A stretch of DNA of 40,607 nt from Methanocellales archaeon (GTDB taxonomy: Archaea; Halobacteriota; JAWCLZ01): contig JAWCMA010000011.1 of assembly GCA_038850285.1 (NCBI GenBank), forward strand, positions 1-40,607. Reading direction: 5' to 3'. The translations under genes and the position numbers were made by a program. The stretch's first letter is position 1; each line of letters begins with the position of its first letter. Below the pieces are notes generated by a model. The model was not told where the DNA came from. It saw nothing but the letters and a program-made list of their open reading frames with translations, and did no database searches. Of this stretch, positions 9,779 to 18,945 are shown one piece after another.

Positions 9779-10639
9779 TTGATGGGCAGAATAGATCAGC
9801 AGCGGTGGGAAATGCTCTTGAAAAAAGAATATGATCGCTGCCAGAAATGCAGTCGAGAGCTAAAAAATTTAGATAAAGAGAGAAATGGTTTCAGTGTATA
9901 TTGCGATGCCTGCGACTTAGGCTACTATGTGGGAAGAGTCATGGATGTTTATTATGAGAGATTTTATACCTATAGAGAAGTCTGTGCAATTTGCAGCAAA
10001 GAGATCTTGAAAGAACAAGCAACCATGCATTTTTTAGAAAGCATAGTTGATTTTAAATACAACGTTTATGCTTTAGGTGTATGTGAAAATTGCAAGCAAA
10101 GTCAATTTTATAAGAAACTCGAAAAAGTTTTTTTAGACGAAGACATAAAGGCAAAGCTTATCTTCCAAGCACGGCAGATCTTTGCCAAACTTAAAAGCAG
10201 TAAAAAATTCAAGCGCTTGCCCCATGAAACTTTAGTTGAAATCTCGCTAAAGCTAGCTTGCGATGAAAATGGCTGCATTGCTCCATTTGAACCCAAAATG
10301 AGCTATTTAACTCAAGCTCGGAAAATAATTGGTATAAGGCAGCGGATGACGCCAGTTGAATACACTGAGGCTCAAATGATGATCCTGGCGAGGAGAAATG
10401 AAGAATTAAGCGTACATAGCTTTAAAATCGAGTCACTAGCCAAGGAAATTTTAAGCAAATTAAAACCAATTGGCCATAATCCAGCTGTGCTATCCGCAGC
10501 CGCTATATACCTCTCCTCAGAGGGCTTACTTTCTCAGAGAGAAATCGAAAAAGCGCTTAACATCTCTCAAGTTAGCATTTCTAATATAAGTAGAAAAATG
10601 AAAGCAGAGCTCAAGCTAGAGAGAGGCGGAGGGGGGTAA
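9779..10639 (+). CDS. Divergent TFB/TFIIB-like protein with four N-terminal CxxC pairs
   Basis: C-terminal PAVLSAAAIYL..SQREIEKALNISQVSISN aligns with the second cyclin repeat of the TFB at 25925. CQKC, CDAC, CAIC and CENC lie N-terminally. Confidence 0.7.
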   Translation: MMGRIDQQRWEMLLKKEYDRCQKCSRELKNLDKERNGFSVYCDACDLGYYVGRVMDVYYERFYTYREVCAICSKEILKEQATMHFLESIVDFKYNVYALGVCENCKQSQFYKKLEKVFLDEDIKAKLIFQARQIFAKLKSSKKFKRLPHETLVEISLKLACDENGCIAPFEPKMSYLTQARKIIGIRQRMTPVEYTEAQMMILARRNEELSVHSFKIESLAKEILSKLKPIGHNPAVLSAAAIYLSSEGLLSQREIEKALNISQVSISNISRKMKAELKLERGGGG

Positions 10640-10678
10640 AGCTTAAAAACATCTGCGATATAATGTTAAGCCAAGCAC

Positions 10679-12019
10679 ATGCAAAATAAGCAAATCGAAA
10701 AGCTATATTCCTTCGTCAGTGAGAACCTCTATTTCAACATCCCAGATATCCAAGTTGAGGAAAAAGGATATAACTCAACTCTGCTTTTAAGCCTCATCAC
10801 AGCACTCACAGGGGGTAAGGAGTTAATAGTAGGCGAGCCAGGACTGGGCAAAACCACGAGTGCAGAGTACATTTCCTGCTTGATCTATCAGCTCCCACTT
10901 GATATCATTTGGGATTCTGAAGTAGAGGGACACCCGGAGCAAACTGAGGAGAAAATTAAAGGCAGACCAGACCTAGGTGAGTTAAATATAGGTAGAGAAG
11001 AAGTTATTTGGTCTAATTTCACTCAGCTTCAGCCTAAAATAGTTGACGAGATCAACCGCCTCCCCCCTTCGAAGCAAAGCATTATATTAAAGGGCTGCGA
11101 CACAGGAATATGGCGATACCTCGACGAGCTGCTGGTGAATGAAGAATATTGCTTATTCGCCACCGCTAACTATTCAGATAGAGGAACAACTGAGCTTTTA
11201 CCCCCTTTGCTTGACCGCTTCGACGTTGAAGTTGAATCTAAGCACCCTGGTGCAATTTTTTCCTCTGAAATAAATGGAAGGAAGAAAGAAGTAGAGAGAA
11301 TTATAAGAGACATACAGCTCACTAAGGAGATAAATAAAGTTCTCAAAAGCAAAGTGGGATATGAGGAGAAAATCAAGAAAGTAAGAGAGCTATCAAAGCT
11401 ATATGCTGCGAAGCTGGAGAAAGAATTCGGGATTGCAACTCCAAGCTATGAAGATAGAGAGAAAATTAGAAGGGAAATTAAAAGCATAGAGCTAAGCGAA
11501 GATGCAGCTGCCTTTCTGCTAACCCTCATTGCTGAACTCAGCTTCTGCTATGTTTACGGGCAGAAGAGAACTGCACAGAGCTGTGAAGAAGGCTGCCATT
11601 ACATTGGATATCTCTGCCATGCGATTGAAAACTGCGCTTCCAATAGAATACCTAGGTCCATAAAGGAATACTCCCGAGCCTTAACTTGGTTTTTAGCTGG
11701 GAAAGAGGTAAGCATTGAGCATCTCCGCGAGATTGCACCCTATGCACTTGCTCATAGAATTCGCTGGAGCGATGCTTTTCTCTCGAAATATAAAAAGGAA
11801 TTAAGAAAGGATCCAGCTGATATATTCCTTGCAAAAAAAGCTGTAACAGAAGTCTTCAATCGCTATGCTGAGCAGAAGAATGAAATAAAGAGCGCGCTTA
11901 AAACCGCTTACTATGTCGCTGAGGGCAAAGCAGGGGTTGAGGCACTTGTAGAGGGGGATCACCCGATTTATAAGGAAATTAAGAAATATGTGGTAAAGAA
12001 TGAGTATGAGTATACTTAA
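10679..12019 (+). CDS. MoxR-like AAA+ ATPase with a Cys/His-rich insertion
   Basis: Walker A GEPGLGKT, Walker B IVDEINR, FATAN, LLDRF and ALAHRI. Confidence 0.88.
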   Translation: MQNKQIEKLYSFVSENLYFNIPDIQVEEKGYNSTLLLSLITALTGGKELIVGEPGLGKTTSAEYISCLIYQLPLDIIWDSEVEGHPEQTEEKIKGRPDLGELNIGREEVIWSNFTQLQPKIVDEINRLPPSKQSIILKGCDTGIWRYLDELLVNEEYCLFATANYSDRGTTELLPPLLDRFDVEVESKHPGAIFSSEINGRKKEVERIIRDIQLTKEINKVLKSKVGYEEKIKKVRELSKLYAAKLEKEFGIATPSYEDREKIRREIKSIELSEDAAAFLLTLIAELSFCYVYGQKRTAQSCEEGCHYIGYLCHAIENCASNRIPRSIKEYSRALTWFLAGKEVSIEHLREIAPYALAHRIRWSDAFLSKYKKELRKDPADIFLAKKAVTEVFNRYAEQKNEIKSALKTAYYVAEGKAGVEALVEGDHPIYKEIKKYVVKNEYEYT

Positions 12020-12773
12020 AAAATTCAAAGACTTCAGCCCTAGTGGAAGGGAGATACCCAAGCGCTTAGATAAATTGGAAGAAGTCATTGATGACTATGA
12101 AAGATGGCTTGCCGAAGTTGAACTATGCTATATATACGATATATTCAAAATCCCTAAGCCCCGGAGCCATAGCGCGAGGGATATCCATAGATTTTCCAAA
12201 TATCCCTATGAAGTTAAAGATAGAGAATTCACCCACTCAGGGGTATTTCTCTCACTGCTAGTGAATGAATCAGAGGATAGTGAATTTGAACTTGAACTCG
12301 AGGAAAGGATAAACTACATGGGCAAGGAAAATCGTAAAAAGATCACAATCAAAGGCGATGTCGGTAGCTACCTAGGTTATTATATGCAGGGAGGGGAGAT
12401 AATTGTTCAAGGCAGCGCGGGAAGTAGAGCTGGAAGCTGCATGAATGGAGGTAGAATAATAATAAAAGGAGAAGCAGGGGACTGGCTCGGGGAGAGCATG
12501 CAAAATGGAGAAATAATCGTGGAGGGCAGCGCTGGAGCAGGCGTGGGCTTTAACATGGCGGGCGGGAGAATTATTATAAAGGGAGATACCTCTCATTCCC
12601 TAGGCTATGGTATGAGAGCGGGGGAAATAATCATCGAGGGAAACGCAGGTCCTGGCACTGGGGGCAATATGCTAGGTGGAGAGATCTGGGTTAAAGGCAA
12701 GATAGAAAGCCTTGGTGCAGCTAAAGCTGGAAGAATATACGAGGGAAAGGAGAAGATAAAAATCTATGGATAA
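12000..12773 (+). CDS. GXGXG beta-helix protein (FwdC/GltB C-terminal-like)
   Basis: About six repeats of roughly 19 aa, G..M.GG.III.G.AG, preceded by an unrelated N-terminal region. Confidence 0.85.
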   Translation: MSMSILKKFKDFSPSGREIPKRLDKLEEVIDDYERWLAEVELCYIYDIFKIPKPRSHSARDIHRFSKYPYEVKDREFTHSGVFLSLLVNESEDSEFELELEERINYMGKENRKKITIKGDVGSYLGYYMQGGEIIVQGSAGSRAGSCMNGGRIIIKGEAGDWLGESMQNGEIIVEGSAGAGVGFNMAGGRIIIKGDTSHSLGYGMRAGEIIIEGNAGPGTGGNMLGGEIWVKGKIESLGAAKAGRIYEGKEKIKIYG

Positions 12774-14460
12774 CTGGCCGAGTATAGTTAGAGAGCAAGT
12801 TGAGCAGCTTAATTATCAAAGAATAATAGATGAGCTCTGGCCAGAGCTGAGGAAAAAACACCTTTATCCAGCTATTCCCAAGCCAAAGGTTGCATTTCTA
12901 CCTAAGCACTCTGCGCTTCAAATGAAGGACAAGCAAATTAAGGTCAGCAAGGATTTCTGCACCAAACTAGCTGAGAAGATGGAACTAGCTCAAGTTTTAG
13001 AAGCCCTGCTTGATCACGAACTCGCACATCATAGCTTCTGCCCCTTTGACTTAACCACGCATTTATTAATCTATGCCTCAGCAAAAGAAGTACTTGGGAA
13101 CCACGAGAAAGCAGCTAAAGCCGCAGATTGCTTCATGGATATAGCAGCGAATACCTACTGCGTTATGCAAATGGAAACAGCCATACCTGAGCTCTATAGA
13201 AATATGGAGAAATCAGAGCTTGAAAGAGCAATTTGCTCTCTCTATCAAGAGCTCTGGAGAATAGACCTAGGAGTGGAAGAACATATTATTACTAAGAAAC
13301 TTGCTTCAGTGAATTATACCAATAAAGCCATGTGGGAAGCGGAGAGCAAGCGATTTGCAAGATATATAAGAGAACTCCTCCACTTCGATGCAAATCCCAT
13401 GCTAGCCCATGGTTTTGAGAGATACTCAAAAGCAGAAATTGAAAGCAGCCTTCGCGATTTTGCTAAGCGAATTGAAGATCCCAAGAAATTCGGGGAGATA
13501 GTTAGAGATCTGCAGAATTTAATGGTAGATGCTGAAGCTGAAAAGCAAGCTGAGGAAAACGGATCAAAGATACCTTTATATTATAAATATATCGAGAAAA
13601 AAACACTTATGGGGCGAGGTATAGGCAGTTTGATTGATGCAAATGTGCTATTCTATCAAAAACTAGCTGAAAACTATATCATTCCAGTGCAAAAATTGCC
13701 CCTAGAGAAAGACGGCTCGCTCTATCCTTATTCCCTCTCGGAGTGGGAAGTTGAAAGGCCGATTCAAGATATAAACTACTGGGGATCCTTCGGCAAGCTT
13801 TTGCCTGGGATCACGAAGCTATGGAGAAAAGCAGAGGGCGAGACTCACGGTTCTCTGGGGGGCATACCTGATTGCTTGATAGTAATTGACTCCTCAGGCA
13901 GCATGACAAATCCAAGGGAAACCCTTTCCCACGCGGTATTAGGCAGCTTCTGCGCTGCCAATGCCTATCTCGAGAATAGAGCTAGAATAGCGGTTTATAA
14001 CTACAGCGATGCCTTTGGTGGAAATGATATAATTTTAGATTACACTAGAGATAGAAAGCAGATTTATGAAACCCTCTGTAAGTACTTCGGAGGAGGCACT
14101 GCTATTAATTTGAATAAAATTGAAGCACTCAGGAATAAAGCTAATAAACCTGATATCTTTATGATAAGTGATATCGCAATTACCAATTTACCGAGCGTTA
14201 TAGAGTATTTCTCAAGAATTGAAAATAGAACCACACTTGTCTACCTAGGCTTGAATGTTTATGCGGAAGAGCTAATTGAAAAAATTGGCTTGAAAGAAAA
14301 CATAAGTTTATTCAATGTTGAGAAAAGCGAGGATATACCCAAAATCGTGCTAGGCAAAGTTGAGAGCTATATAACTAAGATAGCCAAGCTTCCAGAAATA
14401 ACTAGAAAAGACTTCTACGAGCAGCTTGATAGAGAAATCACCGATGCTTGGAAGACTTAG
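12766..14460 (+). CDS. HExxH metallopeptidase-like / von Willebrand A fusion protein
   Basis: DHELAHH near the N-terminus. MIDAS motif IDSSGSM, GGGT and MISD in the C-terminal third. Confidence 0.85.
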   Translation: MDNWPSIVREQVEQLNYQRIIDELWPELRKKHLYPAIPKPKVAFLPKHSALQMKDKQIKVSKDFCTKLAEKMELAQVLEALLDHELAHHSFCPFDLTTHLLIYASAKEVLGNHEKAAKAADCFMDIAANTYCVMQMETAIPELYRNMEKSELERAICSLYQELWRIDLGVEEHIITKKLASVNYTNKAMWEAESKRFARYIRELLHFDANPMLAHGFERYSKAEIESSLRDFAKRIEDPKKFGEIVRDLQNLMVDAEAEKQAEENGSKIPLYYKYIEKKTLMGRGIGSLIDANVLFYQKLAENYIIPVQKLPLEKDGSLYPYSLSEWEVERPIQDINYWGSFGKLLPGITKLWRKAEGETHGSLGGIPDCLIVIDSSGSMTNPRETLSHAVLGSFCAANAYLENRARIAVYNYSDAFGGNDIILDYTRDRKQIYETLCKYFGGGTAINLNKIEALRNKANKPDIFMISDIAITNLPSVIEYFSRIENRTTLVYLGLNVYAEELIEKIGLKENISLFNVEKSEDIPKIVLGKVESYITKIAKLPEITRKDFYEQLDREITDAWKT

Positions 14461-14773
14461 TTCTTATATTAGTTTCAAAACTGCCAATAATTTAAGCCGC
14501 TTTTTGAACCAAGGTGCAAGCATGCTGACTTAAACCAATTGTTTTCCACCATTCATCCATGATCACTGACATTGCGAACATTGCTGGTGTGCCCGATAAT
14601 GCTATTGTTCTGTAGTTGGGAGGCTTGTTTGATTGGTTTTTTGGGTTTTGTTTGGTGTGTTTGTTTTGGTGTCTTGGTCTGTGGGGGATAATTTTTTTTA
14701 TTGGGAAGGTGTGATTTAGTGATGGGGTAAGCTAACCTGGCTTGCTCTTGAGGTGGTTGTTGGTCGCGGCTTT

Positions 14774-14788
14774 GCCCCTTTTTGGGGC
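14774..14788 (-). terminator. Hairpin immediately after the transposase stop codon
   Basis: GCCCC-TTTTT-GGGGC abutting the stop at 14789-14791. Confidence 0.4.
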
Positions 14789-15798
14789 TTACAATGTGTT
14801 GTATCCTAGTCTGAGTGCATTGTAGGCTGCGACTTTCAACTGCACTTCTTTTTTCTGACACTGGCGCTTCTTGGATAGCAGTGTTTCGCTGAATCTGCGT
14901 TTTATGCTGCGAATCATTGCCTCCATGATTGCTCGTGGATTGTAGTGGCGCTTCCACTTGGGCTTATTCTGATAGTGGTTTTGGATCATTTGTTTCCAAG
15001 CTGGGCAGCCTCTTGCTCTAGTGTTGAGCTGGATGTTTTTCTTGGGTTTGAGATAGGGTGTGCCTCCATTGTCAGCTACGTATTGGGCATTTCGTCTTGA
15101 GAGCAATCCTGGATCTGTGGCAATGTTTCCCAGTTCCATGATGGGTGGTCTTTTCTTCAGAACTTTGATGAAGAGTGGTGCTTCATTGGCATAGCCATGG
15201 CTAACGAGGATTGAGCCAAACATTTGCAGATCTAGGTCAGCAAATCCCTCTAATTTGAGGAATTCTCTCCGAGTAGTGCGCTTTTTAATTCGGATGCTAT
15301 ACCAGAGTGCTCGATTGATGGTTGCAAAACCAGTACCATCGATGGCTCTACGCTTCCTCGGTCTTCCGCGGTTCTTTTTTTCCTTTCAACACCCACTGTA
15401 TAGAGATTTCCTATTAGGCTGTCGAGGTATTTGGCTGGTAATTTTGCCATGTAGTCGTTCATTGTGTTGTAGTGTGGTAGTTCTTTAATGCCTGCTAGCC
15501 TTCGGAGACTGCGATCACTTTTCAAAAGCGAATAAAGCTCTCGATAGGATTTCTTCAAGATCACTTTGAGCAAGAGACACATTATCACTGAGATATAGTC
15601 AGCTGGTTTTCGACCGCGCTTCTTACCTCGGTAGTTTCCTTTCTGCTTTCGTGGAAAGGGATTCGACATAGCTGAAACCTGCTCAAGCAGATTCCGAATC
15701 ATCAATTCCTTATCACGAGTGCGCCAATGATTGTACTTCCGCCAATCTCTAAACTTCTTTTTCTCCCTCTTCCTGTTCTTATTACGTCTAAGTTCCAT
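14789..15798 (-). CDS. DDE transposase split by a -1 frameshift at an A7 run
   Basis: ORF A (from 15798) joined in the -1 frame at 15375-15381 gives ..KNRGRPRKRRAIDGTGF.., continuing into ORF B with ATDPG and Y-x2-R-x3-E-x6-K (YNPRAIMEAMIRSIK). Confidence 0.88.
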
Positions 15799-15902
15799 CC
15801 CCGAACCAATAAAGAATAATAATATAATACCAATAATTATATGCTTTCTGTGTCAAAAACTAATTTTCGGGCACACTGGAACATTGCAAAAAGTTTATTA
15901 AT

Positions 15903-16499
15903 ATGAACATTCATTATATTTTTCTTACGTGTAATGCTGAGAGGGAGAGCTTGTGCGCTGACTATGTATTCCATAAGAAAACCAATAAACCCATAGCTGT
16001 GGTGGTGGACTGGGCACAGTGGGAAGATCGAAGGTATCTATGCAATAGCGAGAAGTGGAAGTACTCTATTTTTGGATGGCGTGAGAAAGCCAATGATGGC
16101 TGCATGCTCCGCGTATTGAAGAATAAGAAAACTGGTGAAGTGCTAGGTGTCTATGCATTTTCACTTGATAAAGAACAAAACCATCTTTATATAGATTGCA
16201 TTGAATCCATAGTAAATAAAGAGATTCGATTAGTGGGTACAATACTCATGAAGGATGCAGTGGAGCAGTCAATACTCAATGGCTTCAATGGACGTGTTAA
16301 GCTTACCTCGAGATGGGAGAAAGATGAAGCTAGAGCGCCTGAGAAATTCTTTTCCAAAATTGGCATGCTTAAAGAAGAAGGAAATATCCATTGCTTGGAG
16401 GAAAACATTCATTTCTGGAAGTTCTATTTCGACGAGCAAACCGCTCGAGAGTTTCTAGAGCGCTATAGAAAAATGGCTCTTAAGCCGCAGATGGGGTAG
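15903..16499 (+). CDS. GNAT-fold N-acetyltransferase
   Basis: LYIDCIES..RLVGTILM..AV..S...GFNGRV.L.S..EKFFSKIGM resembles GNAT motifs A and B. The true start may be the TTG at 15951 after GAGGGAG. Confidence 0.7.
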   Translation: MNIHYIFLTCNAERESLCADYVFHKKTNKPIAVVVDWAQWEDRRYLCNSEKWKYSIFGWREKANDGCMLRVLKNKKTGEVLGVYAFSLDKEQNHLYIDCIESIVNKEIRLVGTILMKDAVEQSILNGFNGRVKLTSRWEKDEARAPEKFFSKIGMLKEEGNIHCLEENIHFWKFYFDEQTAREFLERYRKMALKPQMG

Positions 16500-16505
16500 C
16501 TATTT

Positions 16506-16961
16506 CTATTTCTCCTCAGATTTCTTCGCCAGCAGCCTCATTATCATTGCTTTATCAGCGAATCTATGGGTCTCGTCCTCCCCCATTGTTGGAGAGAGGG
16601 CATGTGCAAGTTCATGTAGGGTGATGCGCTCTAGCATGAAAATTAAAGCACCAGTGTCCTCTTTAGTTAAAGCCAAGAGGTTATCGAGGTAAATCTCTAT
16701 TTTTCGATCAACAACCGTTCCCAGCACACATTTCCTCTGCTGAGGGAGTACTCTACTTTTAACAATTTCATCAGCTTCTCTGAAGAGCTTGAATTCAATT
16801 TTGATCTCCCTTCTGCCTTTTTCTATCTCAAGTTCTCTTCCGCATTTCTCGCATATTAAGTAAGGCAGCTCGAAAACATCAAGCCTTTCAATCACACTCC
16901 ACTTGCACCTAGGACAAGTTTTGATTAAAACCAGTCCCTCTTCGCTTTCCAGCTTGGGCAT
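16506..16961 (-). CDS. Zn-ribbon plus HExxH mini-zincin protein
   Basis: CPRC..CEKC, then IEIYL..ITLHELAHAL..E.. Confidence 0.7.
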   Translation of the reverse strand: MPKLESEEGLVLIKTCPRCKWSVIERLDVFELPYLICEKCGRELEIEKGRREIKIEFKLFREADEIVKSRVLPQQRKCVLGTVVDRKIEIYLDNLLALTKEDTGALIFMLERITLHELAHALSPTMGEDETHRFADKAMIMRLLAKKSEEK

Positions 16962-16964
16962 TAT

Positions 16965-17177
16965 TTATATTCTCTCCATATATTCATATTCGCAGTAGGG
17001 AAAGTCATCTGACCCCACTTTTGCAAATATGCAAGTAGAGCAGTGCTTCGCTACCTCAACCATTTTCTTTTCCACAGGACAGAAGGTTACCTCTGGAGGT
17101 ATAAGCTGGCTTCCAATTCTAGATCTCCATCTCCTCAAAAGTTCTAAATCGCTGGTCACGCATGAATGTATCTCCAC
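16965..17177 (-). CDS. Small Cys-rich hypothetical protein
   Basis: FCP-x-HCSTC-x12-C pattern, 3 bp from the downstream gene. Confidence 0.6.
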   Translation of the reverse strand: MEIHSCVTSDLELLRRWRSRIGSQLIPPEVTFCPVEKKMVEVAKHCSTCIFAKVGSDDFPYCEYEYMERI

Positions 17178-17438
17178 ATAGAATATAAAACTTAGTGATA
17201 GATAAAAAAATATAATTTAAATAAAAATTAAAAAATATAATATAAAGCTGTGTTCATAACAAAACAATAAATACTATTTATAATTTATGTTTTTCTTGGA
17301 TGAATAATAATTATTATTAATAAGTAATGTTATAAAATATAAATTACGAAAAATATAAGTAATTGAAAATCATTAAAATCATGCTGCCGGATAAATGGCA
17401 GGATTTTTAAATAGAATGGAGGTAAAGGAGGTAGAAAA

Positions 17439-18932
17439 TTGACACAAAAAGAGTTGAAAATAAAGGACTTCAAAGACACTTTGATCGAACAGCCATGGCC
17501 AGTGAGAAAAGTGCCATTGAAAGAAGTATGGACTGAACTCTATGCCAAAGAAACAGGTCCAGATCGAGCTTATTCAGACTTCATGGAAGCAAACCTGCAT
17601 CCTAGGCACATGTGGTTAAAACCATTTAATCTCGATGGACTACTAGTGATTGACTGCGCTCCAGACGACCCCAAAGGCTGGTTGCTAGGAACAATGTATG
17701 GCGAGCAAGGCGCATTTGTCATTAAAGTAGAGCCGCCAGGCGGCGAAGAATTTAGAAAGCTGACGCCATTCGGCAGAGAAGAATACATGCTAAAATCACG
17801 AGTCACAGGGGAAGCATGCGGCTTGGACTACATTAACGAGGTTAGAAATAGATACCACATTACCTTAGACCTTACCAAGGAAAAAGGCAGAGAGATATTG
17901 AAGGACTTGGCAGCGAAGGCAGATATATTGTTTGAGAGCTATCCACCGGGCCAATTCGACGCTTGGGGTATTGGCTATAGACAGCTTTCCAAGATTAATC
18001 CACAGCTTGTATATGTATACATCGCTGAACTTGGTGGATGGGGATCAGGTAAGGATAGAGTAAGCAAGCACGGGCAGAGGATGATAGAACCATTTGGACT
18101 ATGCGCTAGCGAATTTGTACATAGCACTGGTTTCCCCCCAGATCAATTACCAAGAGAAAGAGGAGGAAATCCAACTAGATCATCAGCTTACGCAGCTGAT
18201 TTTATTTGTGCTGAGCATGCATTCTTTGCTTCAGTGGCCACGCTCCTTGCTAGAGATGGCGTGACTGAGTGTTCCCAATTGCGAGGAAAAGGGCAGTTCA
18301 TAGAGGTTGCAGCTTCAGAGGCATTTATGGAGCTAAATGACTTCAATGTACCCTGGTACGGCTTCGATGGCAGTATAAAAGCGAGAACAGGCGGTTGGGA
18401 TCCCAATCTCAATCAATATGCTTGGAATCCATGTGCAGATGGCTTCATGATGATCGGCGGACAAAGCGACCGACTTTGGTATCGCATTAACCAGTGCCTT
18501 GAGAGAGATGTACCAGAAGCAGGGAGATTGATCTGCGAAGACCCTATCTGTAAAGAATTGGGTGCGAGGAATCAGCTGGAGATGCTAGTCAAGGCTTATA
18601 CGCTAACTGCTTACTGGCTAGCTAGAAATCCACGTGCCTTTGCTGAGAAGAAGCTGCTTGAGTATGGCATTGCTTCAGGTCCACTCTTGCAGATCGACGA
18701 GGTCTGCGAATATCCAGAGTTCATATACAGACAGCACGTTACACAGATTGAAGATGAGCATTGGGGCAAATTACTGGTGATGAATTCTCCAGTTGCGCAT
18801 CAGCATCGCTGTCCAGCGAGGATAAGATGGCTAGCAAAACCAGTTGGATTTGACACCTACGAGGTATTCGCCAGATTGCTTGGAATGGGACCAGATCAGG
18901 TAGATGAACTTAAAAAGGAGGGCGTGATTTAG
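17439..18932 (+). CDS. Class III (CaiB/BaiF) CoA-transferase, subunit A
   Basis: GAFVIKVEPPGGE, ITLDL....GREIL..L...ADIL.E, GIGY..L..INP.LVY and YAADF. Double GGAGGT ribosome-binding site before a TTG start. Confidence 0.9.
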   Translation: MTQKELKIKDFKDTLIEQPWPVRKVPLKEVWTELYAKETGPDRAYSDFMEANLHPRHMWLKPFNLDGLLVIDCAPDDPKGWLLGTMYGEQGAFVIKVEPPGGEEFRKLTPFGREEYMLKSRVTGEACGLDYINEVRNRYHITLDLTKEKGREILKDLAAKADILFESYPPGQFDAWGIGYRQLSKINPQLVYVYIAELGGWGSGKDRVSKHGQRMIEPFGLCASEFVHSTGFPPDQLPRERGGNPTRSSAYAADFICAEHAFFASVATLLARDGVTECSQLRGKGQFIEVAASEAFMELNDFNVPWYGFDGSIKARTGGWDPNLNQYAWNPCADGFMMIGGQSDRLWYRINQCLERDVPEAGRLICEDPICKELGARNQLEMLVKAYTLTAYWLARNPRAFAEKKLLEYGIASGPLLQIDEVCEYPEFIYRQHVTQIEDEHWGKLLVMNSPVAHQHRCPARIRWLAKPVGFDTYEVFARLLGMGPDQVDELKKEGVI

Positions 18933-18945
18933 GAGGTGAAAAGCA

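Larger units (their letters stand above)
14585..15878 (-). mobile_element. Insertion sequence, IS5/IS4-type DDE, 1294 bp
   Basis: Terminal inverted repeats TGGTGTGCCCGATAAT (14585-14600) and CAGTGTGCCCGAAAAT (reverse complement of 15863-15878), 13/16 identical. 9-bp direct repeat GAACATTGC at 14576-14584 and 15879-15887. Confidence 0.93.

Noticed and set aside
12000-12773. Annotation as true formylmethanofuran dehydrogenase subunit C
   Set aside because: No fwdA, fwdB or fwdD neighbours, and the N-terminal half is unrelated. Only the repeat fold is shared.
14553-14957. 134-aa Q/K/P/T-rich ORF overlapping the transposase end
   Set aside because: It is an alternative frame over the transposase and the low-complexity 3' region of the IS, and it runs across the IS boundary.
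17303-17318. 16-bp palindrome AATAATAATTATTATT upstream of the CoA-transferases
   Set aside because: Pure A/T in an extremely AT-rich spacer, so it cannot be distinguished from chance.
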